The notes beneath the pieces are model-generated. The model ran no database searches, was not told where the DNA came from, and saw nothing but the letters and a program-made list of their open reading frames with translations. A DNA stretch of 41,189 nucleotides from an uncultured Gammaproteobacteria bacterium. Its GTDB lineage: Bacteria > Patescibacteriota > Patescibacteriia > UBA1558 > GWA2-36-10. Below, in pieces: positions 9,673-19,124 of the stretch. Where the stretch lies: assembly GCA_964394835.1 (NCBI GenBank), contig CAYMZA010000003.1, positions 1 to 41,189 on the forward strand, in the 5' to 3' direction. Numbering within the stretch: the stretch's first letter is position 1; every line of letters starts with the position of its first letter. The position numbers and the translations under genes are program-made.

Positions 9673-10746
9673 CTATTTTTCTAAATTTGCTTGAATAAAC
9701 TCCATTATATCACCATCTAAAACATTATCAGGATTATTAGATTCATGCTTTGTTCTATGATCTTTTACCATTTTATATGGGTGCAAAACATAGGATCTAA
9801 TTTGATTACCCCAAGCTGCTTCTGTATATTCACCTTTTAAAATCTTTTTTTCTTCTTCTTTTTCTAACTCTAAATATTGTTGTAATTTACTTTTTAAATA
9901 AACTAAAGCTTGTCTTTTATTCTGTAATTGAGATCTTTCATTTTGACATACAGCAGTTAAACCTGTAGGTATATGAGTAATTCTAACAGCAGAATCCGTA
10001 GTGTTAACTGACTGCCCTCCTCTTCCAGAAGCTCTAAATGTATCTATTTTTAATTCTTCACCTTTGATATTAAGATCTGTTTCTTCTAACTCTGGTAATA
10101 CTCTAATCATAGCAAAAGAAGTATGTCTAGCATGATCAGCATCAAAAGGAGATAATCTTACTAAACGATGTACTCCTGCTTCATTTTTTAAATAACCAAA
10201 AGCATAATTACCTTTAATTTTAAATGTAGCACTTTTAATACCTGCTTCTGCTCCAGAAGAAGAAGATAAATATGAAACTTTCCAATTATTTCTTTCTGCA
10301 AAACGTAAATACATTCTTTCTAGCATTGCAGACCAATCTTGAGCGTCATCTCCACCTGCGCCAGCCTGAATACTTAAAATGGCTGTATATTTATCATACT
10401 TACCTTGTAAATATATTTGTTTCTCTAAATCTAAATATTTGTTTTTAATCTCTTCAAAATTATTATTTAATTCTTCTATTAATTCCTCTGCTTGTTTATC
10501 TTTAATCAAAGAATTTAAATTAGATATATTGTTCTTTAATTCCTCCCAATTATTTATTTCATCTTCTAGAAAAGAAGCTTCAGAATTTATACTTCTAGCT
10601 TTATCTTGATTATTCCAAAAATCAGGAACAGACATTTGTTCTTTTAATTCTTTAAGTTTATTCTTTTTATCTTCTAATTTTAAATATTCTATTCCTTTAT
10701 TAATTTTAGAAGATAATTCATTTATTTTATCTTTTAATTCTTCCAT
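9673..10746 (-). CDS. prfB: Peptide chain release factor 2 (single reading frame)
   Basis: GAGG-DAQDW, SPF tripeptide, GGQ and WGNQIRSYV motifs. Confidence 0.97.
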   Translation of the reverse strand: MEELKDKINELSSKINKGIEYLKLEDKKNKLKELKEQMSVPDFWNNQDKARSINSEASFLEDEINNWEELKNNISNLNSLIKDKQAEELIEELNNNFEEIKNKYLDLEKQIYLQGKYDKYTAILSIQAGAGGDDAQDWSAMLERMYLRFAERNNWKVSYLSSSSGAEAGIKSATFKIKGNYAFGYLKNEAGVHRLVRLSPFDADHARHTSFAMIRVLPELEETDLNIKGEELKIDTFRASGRGGQSVNTTDSAVRITHIPTGLTAVCQNERSQLQNKRQALVYLKSKLQQYLELEKEEEKKILKGEYTEAAWGNQIRSYVLHPYKMVKDHRTKHESNNPDNVLDGDIMEFIQANLEK

Positions 10747-11114
10747 TATTTACAAATACTTTGTATTACAGCATCTCTTTGTACTGGATCACATAAAAAC
10801 TCTAGTGTTTCATTATTTATAGCTCCGTTATTTACATTAGCTTGAGGATTAAAATTAGCAAATACATCTTGTAATACTAACGGCCCTAATTGCAACATTT
10901 CAAATATTGGTTGTAATCCTGATAAATATTCTTTAACTATTGGAGATAAGTATATAAAACCTATAATTATTGGACCAACAATTAAAATAGTTTTAATAAG
11001 GTTACCAATAACATACCATAGTAATTTTTTCTGTATACCCTTTACTCTTTTTTCTAAATCTTCTAATGTTTCTTGATTTTTTTGTATTAACCTCTTTAAT
11101 TCTTCATCTATCAT
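10746..11114 (-). CDS. Hypothetical small membrane protein
   Basis: Coiled N-terminus followed by a TM segment; its stop overlaps the prfB start (TAATG). Confidence 0.7.
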   Translation of the reverse strand: MIDEELKRLIQKNQETLEDLEKRVKGIQKKLLWYVIGNLIKTILIVGPIIIGFIYLSPIVKEYLSGLQPIFEMLQLGPLVLQDVFANFNPQANVNNGAINNETLEFLCDPVQRDAVIQSICK

Positions 11115-11169
11115 AATATATATTTAATTATTATATCTTTATTATATCAAAAAAACGATAATTAGTTAA

Positions 11170-11730
11170 TTACCGTTTAAATATATGATACCATTTTCTT
11201 TTTTTATGAAGATGTATAAAATTAAGAGAACATACTTTTTTCTTTCTTTTCTTAAGTAATGCATATAATAATAGGTAATATATACCTATAAAAATAAACA
11301 ATCCTAGAAAAGTTACCACAAATACAGCTTGCCCAGACCATTGCCAATAATCTTTAGATACATATATTGTAATAGGAACTTTGATACCTGTAGCAGCATT
11401 AAAACTTTTTTTATCTAAAGCTTTACTAATTACAGAAATATTAGTTTTTTTAATACCCTCTTCAAAATTACTAAAATCAGTTTTAATTTTAATCTGAGTA
11501 ACTTGTTCTGGTAATAATTGAATTTCACTATTATTTAAAATTATATTATCTGAATATTCATCTACTTGAATATGTGAAATAATTGGTTCTTTAGAAATAT
11601 TCTTAATACTTAAACTATATTCTTTAATATCTGGAGAAATAAGATCTAAAGAAGAAGGAGATATAGATAAACCTATAGCTTTAGCAGAAAAAGGTAATAA
11701 TAGTAATATAAATATAATTAATTTATACAT
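11170..11730 (-). CDS. Hypothetical exported protein: signal peptide, Ig-like domain, C-terminal TM anchor with basic tail
   Basis: Signal ending SAKA, GLSISPSSLDL strand, TM followed by KKRKKK; 5 nt downstream of the upstream gene. Confidence 0.7.
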   Translation of the reverse strand: MYKLIIFILLLLPFSAKAIGLSISPSSLDLISPDIKEYSLSIKNISKEPIISHIQVDEYSDNIILNNSEIQLLPEQVTQIKIKTDFSNFEEGIKKTNISVISKALDKKSFNAATGIKVPITIYVSKDYWQWSGQAVFVVTFLGLFIFIGIYYLLLYALLKKRKKKVCSLNFIHLHKKRKWYHIFKR

Positions 11731-11735
11731 AATTA

Positions 11736-13487
11736 TTAATTAATAGTAGCCCAAAATATTAATTGACCATTTTGTTGTCCAGATTCTATAGTATCATTTG
11801 GAATTGACAACTCTACATTTACTGCTTCAGAATTAGAAGGATTAATAGTTGAATTAAAGTTATCCCACTCTGATTGATTTAAGTTAGTTAAATCAAATAT
11901 ATTATCACCAATAATACTTGCTTCTATATAAATATCAACTGTACCTGTATTAGTTAAACTTAATATATTTTCTGCTGATTGCCCTGCTTCTAAATCACCA
12001 AAGTCAATCATAGACTGATTAATAGTAAAAGATACACTATCTTCATTCTCTGGATTATCATTTAAGATATTAACAGATAAATCTACTATTTCTGAAATAC
12101 CATTACCAATAGTTATATACTCTTTATTACTCCTAATATATGATTCAGTTTGTTCTGAATAAACAGTATATATACCATCTTCATTAATTGTTAAATTAAC
12201 TTGTCCATTTTCATCTGTAATATATATATCATTATTTACATATACTTCAATATTTTCTAATACTAACCAATCACTACCATCAAAATATGTTGTAGTTATA
12301 GTAATATCTTCTCCTGTTAAAAATATATTTTGATTTGTTTCTACTCTAGTAGGTTGAATACCATACTCTCCATATGCCCACAATACTTCATCTCCAGCTT
12401 CTAGAATATATTCATCAGCTGCTACCATACCCGAAGCTGAATTAACCCAATACTGCCATCCTGACATACCCTCAGCATCAATATTATCCACACTTGATAC
12501 ATAAGGTCCATATTCTGTGTCTTGTACTATATAGTCAAAGTTACAAACTTCTGAACCTGAAATTAATAATTCCAAAACATTACTAGCTTCTAAACTAGCT
12601 AAACAAATTGTATTATCTGGCCCTTCAATTCTTAAATCTACATTCACCGTATCATTTGTATTTAAATTAATATAATTTAAAGGATAAGTACCGTTTGATA
12701 ATGATAATAGTGCATAAGAAGTTACCATAGAAGAACCCTCTTCGTCTCCTGTTAACCAAGCAAAAGATCCATCTTCTAATTGTAGACTTTGTAAAAATAG
12801 TATTGGATTATTATCACCTACATACCAATCATTAATATCTATATTCGCTTTATTAAACATTGAAATAATCCAAGCAGTAGAAGCACCATCAGATTCACTA
12901 TTTACATCATAACCAAAACCACCATCTTCATTTTGAATAGTATGTAAATAATCTAAAGCTAAAACAATCTCCGAAGAAGATATAGTTAAATCTGTTTCTA
13001 GTAATGATAAAATAGCTGCGGCTGTATCATTACTGTCTGATTCACCTGTTGTAGACCAAGACCAACAGCCGTCTTCATTTTGATTAGATAATATAAATTC
13101 TTTAATACTTGATATATTATCTTCTGAATGCAATGAAGATAAAGCTAATAATCCCCAAAAATCATCATTTAATAATTCAGAAGATCCTAATTGATTATCT
13201 ACAAAATTATTATTAATAACAGTTAATAAACTATTTAATGTTTCATAATCATCACTTTGCATAGCTGTTAAAGCTAGTATATTTTTACTAGCCGTCATTA
13301 AATCATCTGTATTATTATCTAAATAGCTAATATCAATATTTTCAGCTTGTACTGAAGATAAAGCTTGTGTAATTCAAGTATTTTGTGTTTGATTCTGTAA
13401 ATAGCTAATTGTATTATCATATTCAGCAAAAATTAAAAAAGGAGTTGCTATTAAAGTGATAAGTAAAATAAAAAAGAATTTTTTCAT
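11736..13487 (-). pseudogene. Transcobalamin-like putative B12-binding surface protein (alpha/alpha-barrel repeats, DUF4430-like and Ig domains) with one in-frame TGA at 13374-13376
   Basis: ATG at 13487 gives signal peptide MKKFFFILLITLIATPFLIFA in frame with ORF 11736..13298. Codon 38 is TGA (QNT*ITQAL). QNEDGxF/W repeats; YGPYVSSVDNI..GWQYWVN..AADEY.L..GDEVLWAY is a DUF4430-like motif. Could be a nonsense allele or a base-call error. Confidence 0.75.
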
Positions 13488-13545
13488 ATATTTTATTTAA
13501 TTAATTGTAGTTAGTGCATATATATAATATACCTGCACTTTTATT

Positions 13546-13953
13546 TTAAGCCTCTAGAAGATTGTATCTTTTACGTTTTGGACGATGACTAAAAATAGTC
13601 ACACTATTACAAGTAATTCTTAAACTATGATAAGTAGAATCAAATAATACAGTATTTATTGGTTCTAAAATACACCGTCCATTGATATAGTAATTATAAT
13701 CTCCTAAGCCATGTTCTTGTAAATCAATTAATAATAAACAATTATCACCATTAGGAAAATCCCAATCTATTTGTTCATGATAAACAGGATTATATCTTTG
13801 CAAGAAAGATAATAATGTATCCTCTCTATTGTTAACTAATAATGATTTTTCAAGATTTTCTTCTAAATCAGTTATACTTTTACAACTAGGTACAAGAAAA
13901 CCAAGAAAAGAAATAGAACAGAACTTAATAAACATTCTTCTATCTAGACTCAT
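13546..13953 (-). CDS. Hypothetical lipoprotein with twin-arginine-like signal
   Basis: MSLDRRMFIKF... then a lipobox-like LVPSC; SD AAGGAG 6 nt upstream. Confidence 0.65.
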   Translation of the reverse strand: MSLDRRMFIKFCSISFLGFLVPSCKSITDLEENLEKSLLVNNREDTLLSFLQRYNPVYHEQIDWDFPNGDNCLLLIDLQEHGLGDYNYYINGRCILEPINTVLFDSTYHSLRITCNSVTIFSHRPKRKRYNLLEA

Positions 13954-13991
13954 TTTACTCTCCTTTGTTTTGAATGAACTTTCATACTTTT

Positions 13992-14015
13992 AAAAAAACC
14001 TCCATACAAGGAGGT
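13992..14015 (-). terminator. Intrinsic terminator in the riboswitch expression platform
   Basis: ACCTCC-TTGTAT-GGAGGT followed by TTTTTT. Confidence 0.75.
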
Positions 14016-14046
14016 CAAAAATAAATTTACTAAATGTTTAATAAAC

Positions 14047-14140
14047 TTATTCTTCCTCTCCTTAGGAAAAAGAATATAATTCAGGTGTCGGACTTTACCG
14101 TAGCTAGGACTGTGAAGGATTTTCACCTTACTTCCCTGAA
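14047..14140 (-). promoter_or_regulatory. Cobalamin riboswitch (compact, class II-like)
   Basis: UUCAGG-GAA-GUAAGG-UGAAAAU-CCUUC-ACAG-UCCUAG-CU-ACGGUAAAGUCCG-ACA-CCUGAA contains the GGGAA, T-loop and B12-box features. The downstream hairpin loop CUAAGGA is complementary to loop UCCUAG (kissing loop). Confidence 0.85.
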
Positions 14141-14162
14141 CAATTTTAAAGAATGAATCAAT

Positions 14163-14191
14163 ACCTTAACATAATAAAATATAAATTGCAA
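14163..14191 (-). promoter_or_regulatory. Promoter for the riboswitch-led transcript
   Basis: TTGCAA-N17-TAAGGT with extended TG. Confidence 0.55.
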
Positions 14192-14192
14192 A

Positions 14193-14648
14193 TTATTTCT
14201 TTTTAACCAATCTCTTTAATTCTTTCTGAAAAGTTTTTACATCTTTAAATGATCTATACACAGAAGCATAACGAATATATGCTACTTGATCAAAAGACTT
14301 TAATCTTTTCATTACAATTTCACCTAATTGTTTAAAAGTTATTTCTATATTAGCCTTTTTTTGAATATCTCTTTCTATTTCTCTAATTAATTTTTGAAAA
14401 TCTTCTTCTAGATATGCTCTTTTTTCCAAAGATGTTCTTAATCCTTTTATTAATTTATTACTGCTATACGCTTCTCTTCTACCATCTCTTTTTATAACAA
14501 TTAAATCTAATATTTTTACTTCTTCAATTGTAGAAAAACGAAAACTACAAGAAGAACACAATCTTCTTCTTTTAATACTAAAACCCTCGCCAACAAGACG
14601 AGAGTCTATAACTCTTGTATTTTTAGAATTACAAGCTACGCAATTCAT
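14193..14648 (-). CDS. nrdR: Transcriptional repressor NrdR
   Basis: CxxC..RVIDSR..RRRxCxxCxxRFST, ATP cone, and VAYIRYASVYRSF. Confidence 0.96.
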   Translation of the reverse strand: MNCVACNSKNTRVIDSRLVGEGFSIKRRRLCSSCSFRFSTIEEVKILDLIVIKRDGRREAYSSNKLIKGLRTSLEKRAYLEEDFQKLIREIERDIQKKANIEITFKQLGEIVMKRLKSFDQVAYIRYASVYRSFKDVKTFQKELKRLVKKK

Positions 14649-15811
14649 CTATTTTTCAATTTATTTCTTAAAAATGGAGGTATGTCTAATTCTTCTTCCT
14701 CTTTACTTTTGGGTACCTCAACTACATCATCTTCTTCTTTTTTATTAAAAGCTTTTTTAACTGTTCTTTCTTCTGCTTTTTTAGCATATGTTTCTGTATG
14801 AGGTATATTTGGTTGAATAGCATTTGGTTCTTGATTATCATCACTACCTTTAAAGCCTGTAGCTATAACTGTAACTTTAACTTCTTCTCCTAAACTTTCA
14901 TCAATAGCTGCTCCAAATATAATCTTAGCTTCTGAATCACAATTAGCTGTTATAACTTCAGCAGCCTCACTTACTTCTAGCATAGAAAGGTCTGTACCAC
15001 CTGATATAGTGAATAATACACCAGTAGCTCCATTTATTGATAATTCTAGCAATGGACTGTCTATAGCGGCCTTAGCAGCATCCTGAGCTCTACTTTCACC
15101 ACTAGCAGTGCCAATACCCATTAAAGCTGAACCTGCCTGACTCATAATAGCCTTAACATCAGCAAAATCTACATTAACTAACCCAGGTACTGTTATAACT
15201 TCTGAAATACCTTGAACACCTTGTTTCAAAACTTCATCTACAATACCAAATGCTTCCAAAAGAGAAGTCTTCTTATCAATAATCTGTAATAATCTATCAT
15301 TAGGTATAGTAATAGTAGTATCTACTTTATCTAATAAATTATCTAATCCTCTATCAGCTATATCTTTACGTTGTACTCCTTCAAATGTAAATGGTTTAGT
15401 AACAACAGCTACTGTTAAAGCTCCTGCTTCTCTAGCAATATCAGCTATAACTGGAGCTGCACCAGTACCTGTACCACCACCTAAACCACAAGTTATAAAT
15501 ACCATATCAGAACCTTCTAAAAACTTCATTATCTCTTGCTCATTTTCTTCAGCACTTTTTAATCCTAATTCAGGATCCATACCAGCACCTAATCCTTTGG
15601 TAGTACCTCTACCAATATGTATCTTTGTAGGAGCTATAGAATGATGTAAGGCTTGAGCATCAGTATTAACTGCTATAAAATCAACACCTCTAATTTTAGA
15701 TGCTACCATCCTATTAATAGCTGAATTACCACTACCACCAACACCAACTACTTTAATTTTAGCAAATGTTTCAATTGGAGGTATTACTTCTTTTATATTT
15801 TTCTTAACCAT
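14645..15811 (-). CDS. ftsZ: Cell division protein FtsZ
   Basis: GLGAG, GGGTGTG, NVDFAD and C-terminal LDIPPFLR. Confidence 0.99.
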   Translation of the reverse strand: MVKKNIKEVIPPIETFAKIKVVGVGGSGNSAINRMVASKIRGVDFIAVNTDAQALHHSIAPTKIHIGRGTTKGLGAGMDPELGLKSAEENEQEIMKFLEGSDMVFITCGLGGGTGTGAAPVIADIAREAGALTVAVVTKPFTFEGVQRKDIADRGLDNLLDKVDTTITIPNDRLLQIIDKKTSLLEAFGIVDEVLKQGVQGISEVITVPGLVNVDFADVKAIMSQAGSALMGIGTASGESRAQDAAKAAIDSPLLELSINGATGVLFTISGGTDLSMLEVSEAAEVITANCDSEAKIIFGAAIDESLGEEVKVTVIATGFKGSDDNQEPNAIQPNIPHTETYAKKAEERTVKKAFNKKEEDDVVEVPKSKEEEELDIPPFLRNKLKNR

Positions 15812-15827
15812 TTTATTTATCTTTAAT

Positions 15828-17078
15828 TTATGATCCTGGTAATATAGATTTAACCTTATTTTTTACTTTATTAAATATATTATCTAAGAAAGAAAAGTTA
15901 GATAAAAAACCTGAATTATCTTCTAGATTTTTATCAGCCCATAATACTAAACCTAAGGCTGTAGTATATTCTAAATCATTTAATTTATCTATGGGGAAAT
16001 CTTTTTTAACAGGATATCCTAGAAAAACAGGTAGTTTTAATACTTTCTTGCCTAAATCAACTATTTTATCTACTTTGGCACCTCCTCCTGTTAAAACTAC
16101 TCCCGCTGGTAACTTACCACTCTTATCAATTTTTTTCAACTCTTCATTTACCATTTTAAATATTTCTTCCAATCTTGCTTCTGTAATCTCAGCTATGTCT
16201 TTTTTACGAACATAACTACCTTTTGGTTCATCTTCTGAATACTTATTTAAATCAACCTCATCTCTTTTAGATATACCATCAGATATTGCTTTAGCATGAT
16301 CTTTTTTAACAGACTCAGCAGTATCAACAGCTGTTTTTAAACAAATAGCTAAATCATTAGTAATATGACTAGCACCTATTGGTAAAACAGCAGTGTGTAA
16401 TACAGAACCCTCTTCAAAAACAACTAAAGAGGTAGTTGAAGCACCAATATTAACTACAGCAGAACCTATTTCTTTATGTTTACTAGTTAAAACAGCTTCA
16501 GCATTAGCTAAAATTGATAATACAATTTTTTCAATATCAAAACCAGCTCTATGTATGCATCTACCCAAAGTTTTAATTTGAGAAGATAAAGCAAGTATAA
16601 CTTGAGTTTCAACTTCTAAACGTACTCCAGACATTCCTACTGGATCTGCAATATTCATTTGATCATCTAAATTGTATGCTATTTGTAAAGTATCTAAAAC
16701 TTCATAATTAGGTATATTAACAGAACTTTCTGCTGTTTCTGTAGCTCTTTCTATATCAGACTCTTCTACAGTACCATCAGCTTTAGAAACCGCTACTACA
16801 CCCTGACTATTAATAGTTTTAATATGTGAACCAGATATACCTACTATAATTTGATTAACATTAACACCACTCATTCTTTCACATTTTTCTATAGTTTCAG
16901 AAACAGAAGAAATAACATCTTCTACAGAAGATATACTTCCTCTAGTTACTCCTTGAGAAGGAGTATCAGCAGCTCCAATAATCTGTAAATCACCCTCAGG
17001 TAACCGTTTAGCCATTACCATTCTTACAGTACTGGTACCGATATCAAGACCAGTAATTATATCTTTATTACTCACCAT
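15828..17078 (-). CDS. ftsA: Cell division protein FtsA
   Basis: GLDIGT, PVGMSGVRLE and GVVLTGGGA; directly upstream of ftsZ. Confidence 0.97.
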   Translation of the reverse strand: MVSNKDIITGLDIGTSTVRMVMAKRLPEGDLQIIGAADTPSQGVTRGSISSVEDVISSVSETIEKCERMSGVNVNQIIVGISGSHIKTINSQGVVAVSKADGTVEESDIERATETAESSVNIPNYEVLDTLQIAYNLDDQMNIADPVGMSGVRLEVETQVILALSSQIKTLGRCIHRAGFDIEKIVLSILANAEAVLTSKHKEIGSAVVNIGASTTSLVVFEEGSVLHTAVLPIGASHITNDLAICLKTAVDTAESVKKDHAKAISDGISKRDEVDLNKYSEDEPKGSYVRKKDIAEITEARLEEIFKMVNEELKKIDKSGKLPAGVVLTGGGAKVDKIVDLGKKVLKLPVFLGYPVKKDFPIDKLNDLEYTTALGLVLWADKNLEDNSGFLSNFSFLDNIFNKVKNKVKSILPGS

Positions 17079-17104
17079 GTAGTTATTTTATAATTATATT
17101 ATAT

Positions 17105-17133
17105 ATTATACCTAAATAATACATTTTTGCCAA
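17105..17133 (-). promoter_or_regulatory. Promoter for ftsA-ftsZ-nrdR
   Basis: TTGGCA-N17-TATAAT. Confidence 0.65.
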
Positions 17134-17145
17134 ATATTATATTAA

Positions 17146-17487
17146 TTAAAGAAAAAATATTATTAAACCAATAGCTATAGCAAAGAAAACTACTAATAAA
17201 ACCATAGCTGCTAATAGATCTTTAATCTCCTTAGCAAAATTATGTGTCTTAGGTGCTAGAATATCTACTAACCTTTCAATAGCTGTGTTAAATATTTCTA
17301 AAGCTAATATTAAAGCAATAATCAAAAGTAATCCTACCCATAATACTTTATCTAAATCTTTGTAGTATGCAAATGCAATTACTAAAAATGCTATAATTAA
17401 ATGTATTCTAAAACTTTTTTCATTTTTTAAAACTGTTTTTAATCCTCTAAGGGCATTTCTAAAACTGTAACAAACTAAACATTTCAT
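17146..17487 (-). CDS. dgkA: Diacylglycerol/undecaprenol kinase family protein
   Basis: SFRNALRG, LEIFNTAIERLVD and KDLLAA; adjacent to ybeY. Confidence 0.88.
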   Translation of the reverse strand: MKCLVCYSFRNALRGLKTVLKNEKSFRIHLIIAFLVIAFAYYKDLDKVLWVGLLLIIALILALEIFNTAIERLVDILAPKTHNFAKEIKDLLAAMVLLVVFFAIAIGLIIFFL

Positions 17488-17888
17488 TGTATTAAATTTA
17501 ATATTTCTTTTTCTTTTTTTTCTTGTTCCTTAGCATATTTTACACCCTTTTCATGATTATATCCTAAAAGATGTAAAATACCATGCACTACTAATAATTG
17601 TAATTCTGATTTTAATGTTTTCTTTTTTTCTTTAGCTTGTTTCCTAGCTTGTTCCAAACAAATTATGATCTCTCCTAAAATATATTTATCATCTAAGGTA
17701 AAAGATAATACATCTGTAATATTATCTTTCTTTCTATACACCTTGTTAAACTTTTTAATTTCTTTTTTATCTACCAAAGCTAAAGAAATTTGTTTTTTTA
17801 AACTTAATTCTTTTTTAATTACTTTTTCTAAATCCACCAACCAAGAAAAGTCTACTTTAAAACCTCTTTTATTAAGATTTAAAATCAT
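17484..17888 (-). CDS. ybeY: rRNA maturation endoribonuclease YbeY
   Basis: YRKKDNITDVLSF, LGEIII and HGILHLLGYNH. Confidence 0.95.
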   Translation of the reverse strand: MILNLNKRGFKVDFSWLVDLEKVIKKELSLKKQISLALVDKKEIKKFNKVYRKKDNITDVLSFTLDDKYILGEIIICLEQARKQAKEKKKTLKSELQLLVVHGILHLLGYNHEKGVKYAKEQEKKEKEILNLIQ

Positions 17889-17890
17889 AA

Positions 17891-19081
17891 TTATTCTGGA
17901 TTAACACAACTTCCAGCACCCTCACAATCATCAGAGTGGTCACAAACAAAATCTCCATCAACCTCATGGCACTCTTGGGAAGAAGGAATACAATTTTTAA
18001 TACAATCATCCGGACAATTGCTATATCTATATTTTGTACAATTAATAGTAACATCACCATCGTTATTATTAACATCTGTTAAAGTAAAGCTCTGTAACAT
18101 CATTTCAAAAGTAGTGCTAAAATTTTTCACTGGCATTAAAATCTCCGGTATCTCATATGTTAAAGTATAAATATAATTACCATGTTTAACAAAAACATTT
18201 AAACCAGATAAAGAACGCAAAGCAGAACTATCGCTTAAAGAAAAATTCTCAAATTCCATAGTTGGATAATTAATATCTCTCCATTCTATTAAGCTTAAAT
18301 TATCAGCTGGATCTACGGATAATGTTATATACTCTCCTGTTTCTGAGTCTGGTGTAAATAGTACATTATCTAATACACCTTCAACTGACGACACCCAAGA
18401 TTTTGGTCTGAATATACTATATTTAAAAGTAGGATTTTGATATATAGTAATTAAACCAGAATTAACTAATAACTCATCACTAGCTAATGGATTATATAAA
18501 TTTTGTATTTCAATACCATCTTCATAGCCATCTCTATCTGTATCTGCTCTATTTGTGTTGGTTTTGTATATAATTTCTTCTTCGTCGGTTAAATTATCAT
18601 TATCCGTATCTATTTCCTCTGCTGTTGGTGGAACTACTGGCACATTTGTATTCTCATTATCTTTATTTGTATTCTCATTATCTTCATTAGTATTCTCATT
18701 ATCTTCATTGGTATTCTCATTATCTTCATTGGTATTTTCATTATCTTCATTGGTATTTTCATTATCTTCATTGGTATTTTCATTAATAACTACATCTTGA
18801 TTACTATTATCTTTATCAATATTCTTACTAACAAAATAAACAATACCACCTATAACTCCGACTAATAATACTACTAAAATAATAGCTGTTAAAATTACTT
18901 TTTGTTTACCGCCAATTTTAGGTTTAGATTTTTGTGGCAAAAAACGTTCTGGCATAGAATGAACATTTACATTATGCATCACCTCATCAGTACCACTGGT
19001 ACTGCCCTTTTCTGGGATATCAGCGATATTATTATCACCGATAACTGCATTAACCTTATCTTCTTCTTTTTTTTCAAACAT
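17891..19081 (-). CDS. Bitopic surface protein: TM, NENTNED stalk, TSP3-like Ca-binding repeats, PsbP-like domain, Cys-rich C-terminus
   Basis: DTDNDNLTDEEE/DTDRDGYEDG repeats, YQNPTFKYSIFRPKSW and a C-terminal segment of about 50 aa with 8 Cys. Confidence 0.75.
   Translation of the reverse strand: MFEKKEEDKVNAVIGDNNIADIPEKGSTSGTDEVMHNVNVHSMPERFLPQKSKPKIGGKQKVILTAIILVVLLVGVIGGIVYFVSKNIDKDNSNQDVVINENTNEDNENTNEDNENTNEDNENTNEDNENTNEDNENTNKDNENTNVPVVPPTAEEIDTDNDNLTDEEEIIYKTNTNRADTDRDGYEDGIEIQNLYNPLASDELLVNSGLITIYQNPTFKYSIFRPKSWVSSVEGVLDNVLFTPDSETGEYITLSVDPADNLSLIEWRDINYPTMEFENFSLSDSSALRSLSGLNVFVKHGNYIYTLTYEIPEILMPVKNFSTTFEMMLQSFTLTDVNNNDGDVTINCTKYRYSNCPDDCIKNCIPSSQECHEVDGDFVCDHSDDCEGAGSCVNPE
18644..18784 (-). 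repeat. In-frame 21-bp tandem repeat, about 6.7 copies, encoding (NENTNED)n
   Basis: Plus-strand unit approximately TTGGTATTYTCATTATCTTCA. Confidence 0.95.
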
Positions 19082-19124
19082 AATTATTTATATATTTAAT
19101 AATAAATCAAAAATATTATTCATT

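Noticed and set aside
13374-13376. Alternative genetic code (UGA=Gly/Trp) or selenocysteine
   Set aside because: Only one internal TGA was found. ftsZ, ybeY and hisS end in TGA at their expected C-termini, RF2 is intact, and the context suggests Trp rather than Cys.
14141-14192. NrdR box next to nrdR
   Set aside because: No convincing match to acaCwAtATaTwGtgt by eye, and AT-richness makes weak matches uninformative.
18644-18784. CRISPR array
   Set aside because: Contiguous 21-bp units with no spacers, in frame within a CDS, and no cas genes.
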